In this document: piece by piece, positions 1-10,149 of the stretch | Layout of the letters: each line of letters opens with the position of its first letter | Numbering within the stretch: position 1 is the first letter of the stretch | Assembly: GCA_028874315.1 (NCBI GenBank) | Contig: JAPPKM010000097.1 | Coordinates: forward strand, 64,532-128,531 | DNA length: 64,000 nucleotides | Direction: 5' to 3' | Origin: Chloroflexota bacterium | Lineage (GTDB): Bacteria; Chloroflexota; UBA11872 | The notes under the pieces: model-generated | The model's input: the letters and a program-made list of their open reading frames with translations, nothing else | Told to the model about the DNA's origin: nothing | The model's database searches: none | Made by a program: the position numbers and the translations under genes

Positions 1-722
1 ACGCCCGAGCGCGCCCGGCATCAGCTGGCGGTCAACCGGTGCTTCATCGCCCTGTGGCGATCGCTGCAGGCCACCCCGGGTCACGCGCTCGTGCGCTGGA
101 ATTCGGACCCGCATCTGCGGATGCGCTATCGGGTCAGCGATCGATGGCATGTGATCAATCCCGACGGGCTGGCGCAGGTGAGCAGCCCGCGCGGCGACCA
201 CTGGCTCTCTTTTGAGATTGACCGCGGCACGGCGGAGCTCCGCCGATACACCCGGAAGGTACACCGCTATGCGCACTTCTGGCATTCAGGCACCTGGCGT
301 TCAGAATTCCCGGTCTTTCCCGAGCTGCGCATCACCACGAGCCGACGGTCGCGGGTGGCCAGCCTGCGCCACGCCGTCGCGTCCGGACTGAACGACGTGG
401 CCGCGCGCGGCATATGGGGGATTGACCAGGTGCTGCAAGTCTCGGTGGCCTGGGAGCCGGCCTTTCTGGCCGATCCGTTGGGCTCGGTCTGGAGGCCCGT
501 GCTCGGGGACGCCGACCGGCACCAAACCCTGCTGAGTGGGTCTCTGTCGGCCCGCATGAAGGAAACGGAGGTGCGCCGGGGATGAACTGCTAGGGCGCCG
601 GCGGGGGATCGGCAACCACACCTCGCCCCCGTCGGCGCCGGATCCGACCTGCGAAGACCGGCCGCAAGGTTCGCGGCGCACGTCTTCGCCGACCTTTCTC
701 CATCGTACGACTGCGAGGAACC

Positions 723-917
723 GTGATGGGTATGCATATCAAGGACCGGCTGCTGGCCGGCCTGCGGACGGCCGCGACCGACGAGCGCGGCAACGCCACC
801 GAATACATCGTGATCGCCGGAATCGGAGTCGCCGTCTTCGGGGCGGCCATCGTGGCCTGGAACAACGGCCTGTCCACCTATCTCGAGGGTGTCCTAACGG
901 AGCTGACGGGGCTCTAG
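723..917 (+). CDS. flp: Flp-family type IVb pilin (64 aa; basic N-terminus, hydrophobic core 'IVIAGIGVAVFGAAIVAW')
   Basis: Size and sequence pattern typical of Flp/Fap pilins; sits immediately upstream of tadE-like genes and the cpaB-cpaF-tadBC-prepilin peptidase cluster. Confidence 0.8.
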   Translation: MMGMHIKDRLLAGLRTAATDERGNATEYIVIAGIGVAVFGAAIVAWNNGLSTYLEGVLTELTGL

Positions 918-920
918 GCC

Positions 921-1355
921 GTGCCACGCATGGACACGCCGCAACGCCGGTTCGGCCGTCCATGGCCAGGCCTTGGCGCCGAGAACGGGGCGGTGGGTGC
1001 GGAGGCAGTCCTGGCCATGCTGGTCATTGTCCCCGTCCTTGTGGCGATGATTGTCTTCGCCCAGACCCTGGACGCCTGGCAGGCCCAGAACCACGTGGCC
1101 GCCGCGGCGGCCCGACAGGCGGCGCAGGAGGGCGGTGACAGTGCCGCCCTCCGTGGCCGGGTGGCGGCCGACCTGGCGACCGCGGGGCTCGACCCGGCGT
1201 CAGTGTCGATCGCAATCGAGCCTGCGGCGGTGGACTGGCGCGAGCCGGTGACCGTGGAATTGCGGAGCACCCAGCGCGTCCGTATTCCCTTCCTATTGGA
1301 AATGGACGTGCCATTGCGCTCGCGCTTCACGACGAGGGGCGAAGTCAATCGATGA
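921..1355 (+). CDS. TadE/TadG-like pseudopilin (N-terminal TM helix 'AVLAMLVIVPVLVAMIVFA')
   Basis: Short protein with a single N-terminal hydrophobic segment directly after flp, consistent with the TadE family. Confidence 0.6.
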   Translation: MPRMDTPQRRFGRPWPGLGAENGAVGAEAVLAMLVIVPVLVAMIVFAQTLDAWQAQNHVAAAAARQAAQEGGDSAALRGRVAADLATAGLDPASVSIAIEPAAVDWREPVTVELRSTQRVRIPFLLEMDVPLRSRFTTRGEVNR

Positions 1356-1855
1356 TTGCCTCCGCCAGGGTTGCCGTGGCCGACGAGGGCGGCGGGATCT
1401 CAGGGTTGACGCCGCTGCTGCTTGGCCTCTGCCTGCTGCTCGGGGCGCTGGTGATCGACATCAACGCCATTCGCGTCCAGCGGCTGCGGTTTGGCGACGC
1501 ACTGGAACAGGCCGCCGTTGTGGCCGCCGGCCAGATCGATGCGCCCTACCTGGCGGCCAGCGGCGAGATCCGGCTGGCGACGGACGCGACCACTGTGGCC
1601 CGCGAGTACCTGCGCCGCAATCTTCAGCCGCTGAATGGCCAGATCGCGGAGTCTTCGGCTGCCGCTGTGGCCGCGTCAGCCCAGATCGCCGTCACGGCTT
1701 CGGGCGACGCTGATCCCATCCGCAACCGGATCGTGGCCGCCCCGACCGTATCAATCCGAGCGGAGATCCCCGTAAACACCGGGCTCCTCCGACTGGCGGG
1801 CTTGCCCGCAATTCGCGCTTTACCAATTACGGCCAGCGCAACGACAAGGAGCTAA
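1352..1855 (+). CDS. TadE/TadG-like pilus assembly protein (second copy)
   Basis: Start overlaps the previous stop; N-terminal TM segment 'LTPLLLGLCLLLGALVIDI'; position within the tad operon. Confidence 0.5.
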   Translation: MIASARVAVADEGGGISGLTPLLLGLCLLLGALVIDINAIRVQRLRFGDALEQAAVVAAGQIDAPYLAASGEIRLATDATTVAREYLRRNLQPLNGQIAESSAAAVAASAQIAVTASGDADPIRNRIVAAPTVSIRAEIPVNTGLLRLAGLPAIRALPITASATTRS

Positions 1856-1859
1856 TGCC

Positions 1860-2774
1860 ATGCGAAGTCCGAAATATCGATCGATTACGGGGCGCCGCGT
1901 CCGGCTTCCCCTTGCGCTCGTAGTCATGATCACCGCTGCAGCCATGGGTCTCAGCGGGGCGATCGGCCTGCTGATCGGCAGCGCCGGGGGGAACCAGATT
2001 ATTCCCACGGTGGCCGGCGTCGAATCCGCCGAGGGCCGCCCCGTACGATCCACATCCGCCGGCATTGCCGTGACCAACCTGACCGTCGCTGAAGGTGTCG
2101 ACCAGCCGCTGCACCTGGGTGTCGGCGAAGAAGCGCAGGTGCGCGCTCAGGTTGCCCTGGCCGACGGGACATCGCGTGGGGACGCCCCGGTGCGCTGGTT
2201 TTCGAGTGACCGCGCCGTCCTGACGGTCAGTTCGCAGGGCCTCGTCACAGGCCTGGCGCCGGGGCGGGCGCGGGTGCATGCCGTCCTTCCGCCGTTTGAT
2301 GCCTCGGCGACGGTCGCGGTCGGACAGCCAGGCGACGCACGTGCACAGGACGTCGCGACTCAGCCTGATCCGGACCAACTCGTCGCGCTCGAGCAACACC
2401 TCCTGGAGTGGGTGGCCTGGGACCGGGCGCGCCGGGGCGTCGCGCCGGCTGCTGTCGATGAGCCGCGACGCGGGGCGCTGCGCGCCCTCGTCGCCCACGC
2501 CCTGCGACAGGGCGACATCGACCGTGTGCGGGTGGATGGACGGCAATACCAGGCGGCTGCGGCGGGTGGATGGGCCGTGCGCGTTTGGTCGGTCGGAACG
2601 CCCGCTGCCTGGAATGCGACGGAAATGGGTGAGCTGCGCGGTCTGATTGGCGATGAGGCGGCGTCGGTGCTCACGAACCCCGCAGTCGACCAGGTAGCGG
2701 TGGGCCTCGTGTTCGACGCACGGGTCTCGGATCGGCTCTGGGCCGGGGTTGCCGTTCGTCCTGCGACGCCGTAG
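1860..2774 (+). CDS. Membrane-anchored or secreted protein with Big_2-like Ig domain
   Basis: N-terminal TM/signal segment 'LALVVMITAAAMGLSGAIGLLI'; the segment 'VTNLTVAEG...VRWFSSDRAVLTVSSQGLVTGLAPGRARVHAV' resembles a bacterial Ig-like (Big_2) domain; embedded in the tad operon. Confidence 0.45.
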   Translation: MRSPKYRSITGRRVRLPLALVVMITAAAMGLSGAIGLLIGSAGGNQIIPTVAGVESAEGRPVRSTSAGIAVTNLTVAEGVDQPLHLGVGEEAQVRAQVALADGTSRGDAPVRWFSSDRAVLTVSSQGLVTGLAPGRARVHAVLPPFDASATVAVGQPGDARAQDVATQPDPDQLVALEQHLLEWVAWDRARRGVAPAAVDEPRRGALRALVAHALRQGDIDRVRVDGRQYQAAAAGGWAVRVWSVGTPAAWNATEMGELRGLIGDEAASVLTNPAVDQVAVGLVFDARVSDRLWAGVAVRPATP

Positions 2775-2777
2775 CCG

Positions 2778-4391
2778 ATGTTGCGCCCGGAATGGTGGCT
2801 GGCGGCTACCGTCGGTTTCGTATTGACCATGTGCGTTGTCGCACAGGCGCGCGCAGATCACGGCACCTGGGAGACCGAGAGGGTCTGGGTGGAGCCCGTG
2901 ATCGAAAGCCGCAGCGTCTGGATTCCCGGCCGCTGGGAGGATCAAAGCGTCTGGGTTCCGGGACGCTGGGACACCCGGACACGCACGGTCGAGGAGCGGG
3001 TCTGGCAGTCGCGGATGGTGTGGGTGGTGTCGGGCCACTGGGTGGAGCGCCTGCTGTGGGTGGAGCGTGGCTACTGGGTCGAGGTGGAGGGCGACGACGG
3101 TATCGGGATCGACTTTGTCTGGGTCGACACCTCGCGCTGGGAACTCCAAGAAATCTGGGTCGACACCTCCCAGTGGCAAGACCACGGCACCTGGATCACG
3201 GAGCAACGTGACGAAGTGACCACGGTGTGGGTGCCCGGCCAGTGGACGACGGACCGGCGTTGGATTGCGGGCTACTACGAGACCCAGCGCGTCGTCGTGT
3301 CGCCGGGGCATTATGAATCACGTCGCCGTTGGGTTTCCCTCCCGCATCCCACGCCGACGCCCGTCCCAGAAGCGACGCCCCGCCCGAACTGCCGGATTCC
3401 AAGCGGCATCTACAAGGTCACCGACTACTACGCCGGCACAACGGTGGAGGAATCCGAAACCGGCATTTACTACGGAACCGTGACCGACAATCGGCCGAAC
3501 GATCTCTACGCGGTGGATCTCGGCAGCTACAGCAAGGGCGTGAGCAGTCCCTACGACGGCGCCGCCTTCAACGGCCGCAAGCGGGACGCAAACGGCCAGC
3601 TGCTCGCAGGCACGTTTTACCAGAATTACCGAAAGCGCCACGGATGCTATGTGCCGACGAGCATCGTCTTTTTCCAGGACGATCGTGTGCGCTTCACCAC
3701 GGGTGCCCTGCCTACCCCGACGCCCGAGAGCGGCGCTGGACCGACGGCAACACCGACGCCAACGGAGCCGGTCACAGATTCCGTAGTCGGGGATCCGGAC
3801 CATGAGTCGTCGGGGAACGGATCCAACGGCCCGCAGATTGATCCGACGCCGACGAGCGATCCGGGACCCGAGTCGACGCCCACCCGGCGGCCGGGGCCCA
3901 CGTCCACGCCGACATCTCAGCCAGCCCCGACGGAATCGCCCACGCCGGCCCACGATCCGCCGTCGGGCAGCATTCGTGTGGCGCCGGTGCTCGCGGGATC
4001 GGCCATCGATGCCGACGTTGCGGGCTTTCGGGCTATCGAGGTGCTGCGAGGCGCGCCGATTGACCTCTGGGTGCGTCCGGATGTCCAGCCGCCTGCCACG
4101 GACCCGTCCGCGAGCGTCGAACTGGAGCAATGGACCTTTGTCCGCGGGGTGAACGATCGACCCAGCGGTACTCGCCCCGGCGAGACGGGCAGGCCCAACG
4201 AGCGCCTGCGGTTCCAGTGGAACGACGTGACGCCCGTCGTCAACGGCCGGCTCGACCCCTACACGATCCACCTTCGTGTTCGAATCCGCGTGATCTACAG
4301 CGACGGCGCGGTCCGGAGCTTCGATCTGGACGAATCGATTGCGGTCACGGTGCGGTTTCAGGGTGCGACCACGTGGGAGAACGGCCAATGA
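2778..4391 (+). CDS. Secreted Trp-rich repeat protein with Pro/Thr/Ser-rich linker (tad-locus associated, unknown function)
   Basis: Signal peptide 'WWLAATVGFVLTMCVVAQA'; repeated 'WVPGRW' / 'VWV..W' units; a long 'PTPTP...PTSTPT' low-complexity linker; stop overlaps the cpaB start (ATGA). Confidence 0.5.
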   Translation: MLRPEWWLAATVGFVLTMCVVAQARADHGTWETERVWVEPVIESRSVWIPGRWEDQSVWVPGRWDTRTRTVEERVWQSRMVWVVSGHWVERLLWVERGYWVEVEGDDGIGIDFVWVDTSRWELQEIWVDTSQWQDHGTWITEQRDEVTTVWVPGQWTTDRRWIAGYYETQRVVVSPGHYESRRRWVSLPHPTPTPVPEATPRPNCRIPSGIYKVTDYYAGTTVEESETGIYYGTVTDNRPNDLYAVDLGSYSKGVSSPYDGAAFNGRKRDANGQLLAGTFYQNYRKRHGCYVPTSIVFFQDDRVRFTTGALPTPTPESGAGPTATPTPTEPVTDSVVGDPDHESSGNGSNGPQIDPTPTSDPGPESTPTRRPGPTSTPTSQPAPTESPTPAHDPPSGSIRVAPVLAGSAIDADVAGFRAIEVLRGAPIDLWVRPDVQPPATDPSASVELEQWTFVRGVNDRPSGTRPGETGRPNERLRFQWNDVTPVVNGRLDPYTIHLRVRIRVIYSDGAVRSFDLDESIAVTVRFQGATTWENGQ

Positions 4392-5110
4392 AGCGGCACT
4401 GGTTTCTCGCGCTAGCCCTCCTGCTCGGAGTCATCGCCGGTGTCTTGATATACCAGTACATGCAGGTCGCGCCCATCGTCGTCGCGGCTCGACCGTTTGC
4501 TGCGGGCGACCCCCTCACCCCAGACGCGCTGGAGCTCAGGAACGTCAACCCGGCAGCGCGACCGCCCGGCGCCTTTGCCTCGGTCGAGGCGGCCGCCGGG
4601 ACCTATGCCACGGGTCCGATCCCCAAGGGTCAGTACATCGTGGTAGGGCAACTGGCCGATTCGCGCCGTGCGGCCCTGCTGGCGCATGCGGCGACGATCC
4701 CATCGGGCCATGCCCTTGTGGCGATCCCGGTGGACGCCGTTCGTGCCTTAGGCGGCGTGTTGCCGCCATCTCAGATCGTCGATGTCCTGGTTGCCAGTCC
4801 CGATCCGGCTGTCGGCTACGGGGCTTCGGCGTCCGTACCCCACCAGGTTGAGATCCTCGGCCGCGGAGTCCTGCTGGTGGAATTGCGCGGCGACCGCGGC
4901 GAGCCGCTCGAGACCTCATCCGACGGCGAGGGCCTCAACCGTCGAGCGGCCGTCCGAATCGGCGCCGCCGTGCTGGCCGTGCCAGCGATTGATGTCCCAC
5001 GCTACGTGGCCCGAATCCCGACGGGGACCTTTGTGCTCAGCCAGCGACTTGACGAGCTGCCGCCCGTCGGTCCGGCGGCCCAGCGCCAAGCTGCGCGTTA
5101 CATTCCGTGA
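4388..5110 (+). CDS. cpaB: Flp pilus assembly protein CpaB/RcpC (SAF domain)
   Basis: Internal ATG at aa 87 of the 4130 ORF begins 'MKRHWFLALALLLGVIAGVLIYQY' (TM anchor) and is followed by a CpaB-like body. The upstream part of the ORF overlaps the previous gene in another frame and is rejected. Confidence 0.7.
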   Translation: MKRHWFLALALLLGVIAGVLIYQYMQVAPIVVAARPFAAGDPLTPDALELRNVNPAARPPGAFASVEAAAGTYATGPIPKGQYIVVGQLADSRRAALLAHAATIPSGHALVAIPVDAVRALGGVLPPSQIVDVLVASPDPAVGYGASASVPHQVEILGRGVLLVELRGDRGEPLETSSDGEGLNRRAAVRIGAAVLAVPAIDVPRYVARIPTGTFVLSQRLDELPPVGPAAQRQAARYIP

Positions 5111-6462
5111 GCGGCCCTGGCGCCCTGGCGGCTGGCGAGCGTCACGACCGAGAGTCGTCGCTCCCCCTGCTCCACGACGAGGCGTATCTGGCTCGGGTGC
5201 GCGAGCGGCTGGTGGCGGCCCTGGACCCGAAGGTGCTGGACCCGTTCAGCCCGGTGCCCGACCGGACCGCCCGCATCGAGGCCGTTGTCCATGCCCACTT
5301 GGCCGAGACCTTCCCCCGCGCGGTGCCTGACTCGGGCCTGGTCCGGCGGCTGTGCGACGAACTGGCCGGACTCGGCCCGCTGGCCACGCTGATGGCCGAT
5401 CCCGATGTTACCGACGTGCTGGTCAATGGTCCGACCGATGTGTGGGTCGAGCGCCGGGGCCGGCTGGTGGCGACGCCGGTCCGGTTTCGCGATGTCCAGC
5501 ACCTCTCGGCGCTCATGGAGAAGCTCGCGGCCCTGGTGGGACGTCACCTGTCGCTGGAGAGTCCCTGCGTCGATGCACGCATGGCCGACGGCAGCCGGGC
5601 CAACCTGGTGATCACACCCGTCGGTGGGCCCTGCCTTTCTATCCGCAAGCACCGGCGCGTGCGCCTGGCGCTGCGACCGGAGCACGCGGCACCGGAGGTG
5701 CACGACGCGGCCGAGGCTATGCCGGTCGACTGGGTAGCTGCGGGTGGGCTGAGCGCAGCCATGGCAACGTTCCTGGCCACCGCCGTCCGCGCACGGCTGA
5801 ACCTGCTGATTGCCGGCGCCACAGGCGCGGGCAAAACGACACTGCTGTCCAGCCTGTTGGCGGTGGTGCCGCCAAGCGAGCGCGTGATCATTATTGAGGA
5901 CACCACGGAACTGGCGGTGCCGGAGCACGGCCATACCGTTCGGCTGCAGTGCGTCCACGGGCATCGCGCGGTCGACTACCAGGACCGCACGGTCTCGGTG
6001 GCCGATCTCGTCGCCAATGCGCTCCGCATGCGGCCTGATCGTTTGGTGGTCGGTGAGATTCGCAGTCCGCGCGAGGCCTACGTGTGTCTGGAAGCACTGA
6101 ACACGGGACACGCTGGCTCGGGAACGACGATCCACGCCAATGGTGCGGCCGACGCGCTGGGCCGGCTGGAGACGCTGGTGCGCCGCGAGTATCGCGATGT
6201 AGCCCTGCGGGAACTTCGCGAGCCCATCGCGCGTGCCTTCGACCTTGTGCTCCATGTCGGGCGTCTGGGGGACGGCCGTCGGGCCGTGCTCGAGGTCGTG
6301 GAATTGGCCGGCACGTTGACTGACGGGGCCTACGACCTGCGGCCCGTGTTTGCCGTCGATCGAGCAGCGAGCGATACACGCATCACGTTTGAGGCTGTGG
6401 ACGGCTATCGGCCTGGCCCAAAGCTCAGGGCCAAGCTCCGGCTGCAGGGGCTACTCGAGTGA
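5107..6462 (+). CDS. cpaF: Tad secretion ATPase CpaF/TadA (type II/IV secretion NTPase)
   Basis: Walker A 'IAGATGAGKTTLLSSL'; 'VIIIEDTTEL'; 'ALNTGHAGSGTTIHAN'; sits between cpaB and tadB. Confidence 0.9.
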   Translation: MSGPGALAAGERHDRESSLPLLHDEAYLARVRERLVAALDPKVLDPFSPVPDRTARIEAVVHAHLAETFPRAVPDSGLVRRLCDELAGLGPLATLMADPDVTDVLVNGPTDVWVERRGRLVATPVRFRDVQHLSALMEKLAALVGRHLSLESPCVDARMADGSRANLVITPVGGPCLSIRKHRRVRLALRPEHAAPEVHDAAEAMPVDWVAAGGLSAAMATFLATAVRARLNLLIAGATGAGKTTLLSSLLAVVPPSERVIIIEDTTELAVPEHGHTVRLQCVHGHRAVDYQDRTVSVADLVANALRMRPDRLVVGEIRSPREAYVCLEALNTGHAGSGTTIHANGAADALGRLETLVRREYRDVALRELREPIARAFDLVLHVGRLGDGRRAVLEVVELAGTLTDGAYDLRPVFAVDRAASDTRITFEAVDGYRPGPKLRAKLRLQGLLE

Positions 6463-7325
6463 TTCTTGCCCTGACTGCCGCAGGATGCGCCGCTGCCGGC
6501 CTCGTTGCCCTAACCCTGGCGCTCGTCCCGCTTTCCGCGCGCTTCACGACAGAAGCTTCGGGGTGGGGACATCGCCGTGTCAGTGGACTTCGCACCCAGC
6601 TGCACGAGGCGGACGTCGGACTGTCACCCCAGACGTTCTTGCTGCTCAATGGTCTGGCCGTGGTCCTTGGCGGGTTGATCGGCGGGGTTGTCGCGCTGCC
6701 GGCGGCCGTGATCGGTGCGGCCACCGGAGTGATGGTTCCTGGGCTGGTGCTGCGAACGGCCGCGATCCGCGCCCGCGCCCGTGCCGATCGCGAGGCGCTG
6801 GTGCTGCTGCGCCTCCTGAGCGCCCATCTGCGAACCGGGGCAACCTATGTCGAGGCCCTGCGCACCGCGGCCGAGGGCGTCGTGACGGCGCAGGTCCAGG
6901 ATGACCTCGCATGGATTGCCAGCCGCTTCCGACTTGATCGGCCCCTCCATGGCTCACTGGCAGCAGTTGCCGCGCGAACGCCCGGTCGCCACCTGCGGCT
7001 GGCCTACCGCGTGCTGGCGCGGGCCATCGAGCACGGCGTGGCGGGACGCCGCGCCGTTACGGCCCTGGAGGGGATCGAGGCCACGATCGCGGCCAACCTC
7101 CGAGCGTAGGACGACCTGCACGCTCGGACCCGCGGGCTGCGGATTCAGATCGCCGTGGTGGCGCTGGCCATTCCGGTCATTCACCTGTACCTGCGCTGGA
7201 CCAACCCGGCGTCCTTCACGGTCATGGACCAGCCGCTGGGGCAATACGTGCTGCTCCCCGGCGCGTTGTTGTGTGAGCTCGCGGGGCTGCTGCTCTGGCG
7301 GCGCTTCACGCGAGGTCGGCCATGA
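6459..7325 (+). CDS. tadB: TadB (T2SS-F domain inner-membrane protein), interrupted by a single in-frame TAG at 7107-7109
   Basis: The same frame continues after the TAG as 'DDLHARTRGLRIQIAVVALAIPVIHLYLRW...LLWRRF'. This is a typical TadB C-terminal TM region. It ends at a TGA that overlaps the tadC ATG. Confidence 0.7.
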
Positions 7326-8239
7326 ACGGCCTGCCGACGATCACCGCGCTGGCGGCCGGGAGCTCGGCGACGATCCTTGTGTACACGGTGCTCGCACAGG
7401 TTGCGGATATCGTTGGCGGGGCTCGTCACCGGCGTGTGGTCCGACTGACCAAGGCCGGCTCGGACGCCACGTCCCCGGCACCGGCCGGATCGCTGGGGGC
7501 GATCGTGATGCTGCTCGAGGCCCTTGGGCGGCGTCTCGGCCGCTCGCAAGGCCTCGTGCGTGTTCAGGACCTGCGGGACGCCGGCTTCGAGGCTGCATGG
7601 GTCACGCCCAGGACCATCGTGGCGATCAAACTTGTGATCGGTGCGTCGATCGGCGGGGCGCTGGCCCTCCTCATTCCGTGGCTTCCGGCCATGACCGTGG
7701 GTGCACCAATCGGCGGTCTGCTGGGGTTCGCGGCGCCGTCGCTGGTCATCGACGCGCGCAGGGCGGCTCGACGTAAGCAGATCCTGACTGAAGTGCCTGA
7801 CGTAATCGCCGAATTGCGCGGCCTGATCGGCACCGGCATGGGCGTAGAGCGGGCGCTGCACGTGCTGGTGGAGGATGACGCGTCGGAGGTGGCGTCCACC
7901 GCGCTCATCCGCGAGATGCGGCGCAGCATTGCCGCCTACGGCTTGGGCGTGCCGCTGACGGTGGCTCTCCAGGAAGCTGCCGACCGGCTGGGCTCGCCCG
8001 AGTTCGAGGCCTTCGTGCTGGCCCTGAAACAGGCGCGCCGCCTTGGCTCGGAACTCGACGCCGTCCTCGACCAGCATGAGGTCGGGTTGCGGGCCCAGCG
8101 CCAAAACGCCATTGACGCCGAGGTGGCATCCCAGGAGGCCAAGGCGCAACTGGTCATTGCCGTCTGTTTCTTGCCGGCGTTCATGCTGCTCATCTTCGTC
8201 CCCATGCTCGTGAGCATCGCGGAGGGGCTCTTTGGATGA
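7322..8239 (+). CDS. tadC: TadC (T2SS-F domain inner-membrane protein)
   Basis: Two hydrophobic blocks and the C-terminal 'LVIAVCFLPAFMLLIFVPMLVSIAEGLF' characteristic of GspF-like domains; operon position. Confidence 0.75.
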   Translation: MNGLPTITALAAGSSATILVYTVLAQVADIVGGARHRRVVRLTKAGSDATSPAPAGSLGAIVMLLEALGRRLGRSQGLVRVQDLRDAGFEAAWVTPRTIVAIKLVIGASIGGALALLIPWLPAMTVGAPIGGLLGFAAPSLVIDARRAARRKQILTEVPDVIAELRGLIGTGMGVERALHVLVEDDASEVASTALIREMRRSIAAYGLGVPLTVALQEAADRLGSPEFEAFVLALKQARRLGSELDAVLDQHEVGLRAQRQNAIDAEVASQEAKAQLVIAVCFLPAFMLLIFVPMLVSIAEGLFG

Positions 8240-8681
8240 TCACTACCTGCTTGGGCTACTGGTCGCCCTTGGCGTCACGCTGGCGGCTTCTGTGACAGAC
8301 GTCCGCGAGCGGCGAATCCCGAACGTTCTCGTCGGTGCCGGCCTGATCGCCAGTGCACCACTCGCGGTGGTCGGGGGGCGGTGGATAGACGCGGTCGCCG
8401 GAGCTGGGCTGGGACTGGCGCTGCTGGCACTCCCGCGGCTGATTGCTCACGACGCCGTTGGATTTGGCGACATCAAGCTCGCTGGCATCGTCGGGCTTGC
8501 GCTGGGGGTCTCGGGTGTCATGACGGCCGTGGGCCTCGCTGTGGTGGCCGCCTCGGTCGCGCTGCTCGTCCATACGGGCAACCGGCGTGCGACCCGAGGC
8601 CCGCGGTTGCCGTTTGCTCCCTGTCTGGCCTTGGGGGTGGCGGCACACGTGGCCGTCACGCTTCACGTTGGCGGGGGATAG
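8232..8681 (+). CDS. Prepilin peptidase CpaA/TadV (A24 family)
   Basis: Small polytopic membrane protein with 'DVRERRIPN' and a 'GFGDIKL' aspartate motif at the end of the tad operon. Confidence 0.7.
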   Translation: MDDHYLLGLLVALGVTLAASVTDVRERRIPNVLVGAGLIASAPLAVVGGRWIDAVAGAGLGLALLALPRLIAHDAVGFGDIKLAGIVGLALGVSGVMTAVGLAVVAASVALLVHTGNRRATRGPRLPFAPCLALGVAAHVAVTLHVGGG

Positions 8682-9759
8682 GCCAGCGCTCCAGCGACCG
8701 ACCTGACGATGCGACAGCGAGCGGGCGAAGCTCATCGTCGTGACGAGCAATCAGGATCCGTGGATAGATCGGGAGTAGGTCGGCGATAATCGCGAAGAAG
8801 GCGCGTTTTGCAACATCCAGCTTTGATCCCACGCCCGCCACCCAACGATTGACCAGAACCGCACATCTGTTGGGCTTGTGGCGACCGGATGTGCCATAGC
8901 CGAGCCTCACCTGCCGGGAGCGCGTGCGCTGGGTGAAGGTTGTGTGCAGCTACCTCGAGAGTCGCAGACTGAGTTGGGCTTGATCGGCGCGTATGGCGAC
9001 CAGGCTTTCACGACCGGCCCGAGCAGTTGCTCGCGGCTCGCCAGGCGCCTAATTGTGCATACAAGCACTACCTGCCGCATATAGCGCCGGCGCGATCTGG
9101 GTTGGTGGTGGTGACGATCTCGATGCCGGGATCGGCTGCCCCGGAGGCTCGAAGTCATTCCCAACTCGTGGGTAGGCGGGTTGCCCGGCTTGCCAGCACG
9201 GAGGATGGCGTCAGGCCACTGCCGCATAGGAAATCGCGACTTCAGATAGGGATGTCGCGAGCGTTGGGCGAGCGTCGCGGGTGGCATTGAGCCCGAGGCT
9301 CGAGTGTCCCCGGGGCCAGTCCTACTGCTCCTTCAGCAGCTCGACGGCCGGAATCGTTCGCGGCGGCACACCCGTGTCGTGCAAGCGGATCGGGCTTTGA
9401 GCCGTGATCGCTGGACGGGTGACCGCGCAGTCCTCCCAACCGAAACGGGTGCTCGTCGTTGGGACGGGGGGACCTGAGCATGGTCTCCACCTTGTGCATC
9501 CTCAGAGCTGTCGTTCATCGTCAGGAGGTTGTCGACGTCGCTCGGGCCGTCCGGCATCTGCCGGTGACTCGCCGTCTGTTCGTCCGTCGATCACCGGTTC
9601 AGCGGAGCGTGGTCGCGAAGATCCGGAAGCGATCGGATCACATCTAAACGGAATGACGTGTTGATCGGGGCGATGGCTGGCCGCTTCCAGCTGTAGGTCG
9701 CGCCTTGGGCACATCATCGATTGGCTCGATCGGGCGACAATCAGATCACTTCTGTTGCC

Positions 9760-9860
9760 GTCTTCACCATAACGAAATCTAACACATTACATCTGTAACG
9801 TATTTGTTACTGACGGGTCCTAAGCTGACGGCCGCAGGTGATTGCTCTGGCTTTGCGTGG
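9760..9860 (+). promoter_or_regulatory. AT-rich island with a conserved ~70-nt motif (copy 1), upstream of the 10150 gene
   Basis: 'TCTGTAACGTATTTGTTACTGACGGGTCC...GGCCGCAGGTGATTGCTCTGGCTTTGCGTGG'. The 'TGTTACTGACNGGTYC' and 'GGCNGCAGKTGRTYGCYYTGSCTTTGCGYGG' blocks recur at 12078..12150. Confidence 0.4.
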
Positions 9861-10149
9861 GGTTTATCTGGTGTCCCAGTTGAGGTTCCAGATCAGTTCC
9901 TGAGCCGCGGGCCCTCGCAGGGTCAAGGCGATCGCCTGCGAAGTATTTCGAGACCCGGCTGGCCGGGAATTCAGGCCGCGGCTTCCCGATGCCCGGAGAA
10001 GGAGCAACGAACCGATTGGTTAGTCGAGATAACACCAAGTCCGCGTTAGGTTTCCGACCGCCGCTTGTTGCGTTTCGAGCCGCGCGGATATCGCACTGCC
10101 GAATGCGAGGGTCGTCAGTTCAACGGCTCCGACTCTGAGGAGATGCCCT

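Noticed and set aside
723-1355. Possible TAG read-through fusing flp to the downstream tadE-like gene (same frame)
   Set aside because: Flp pilins are ~60-aa stand-alone proteins. The same-frame arrangement is most simply coincidence.
4130-4387. Upstream 86-aa extension of the cpaB ORF
   Set aside because: It overlaps the preceding secreted-protein gene. The internal ATG gives the canonical CpaB N-terminal TM anchor and an ATGA stop/start overlap.
1827-8149. Long minus-strand ORFs (1827..3311, 3318..4388, 5098..6255, 7181..8149) that overlap the tad genes
   Set aside because: They have Arg/Pro/Gly-rich low-complexity translations typical of antisense frames in ~70% GC DNA. They lie opposite confidently identified, motif-bearing genes.
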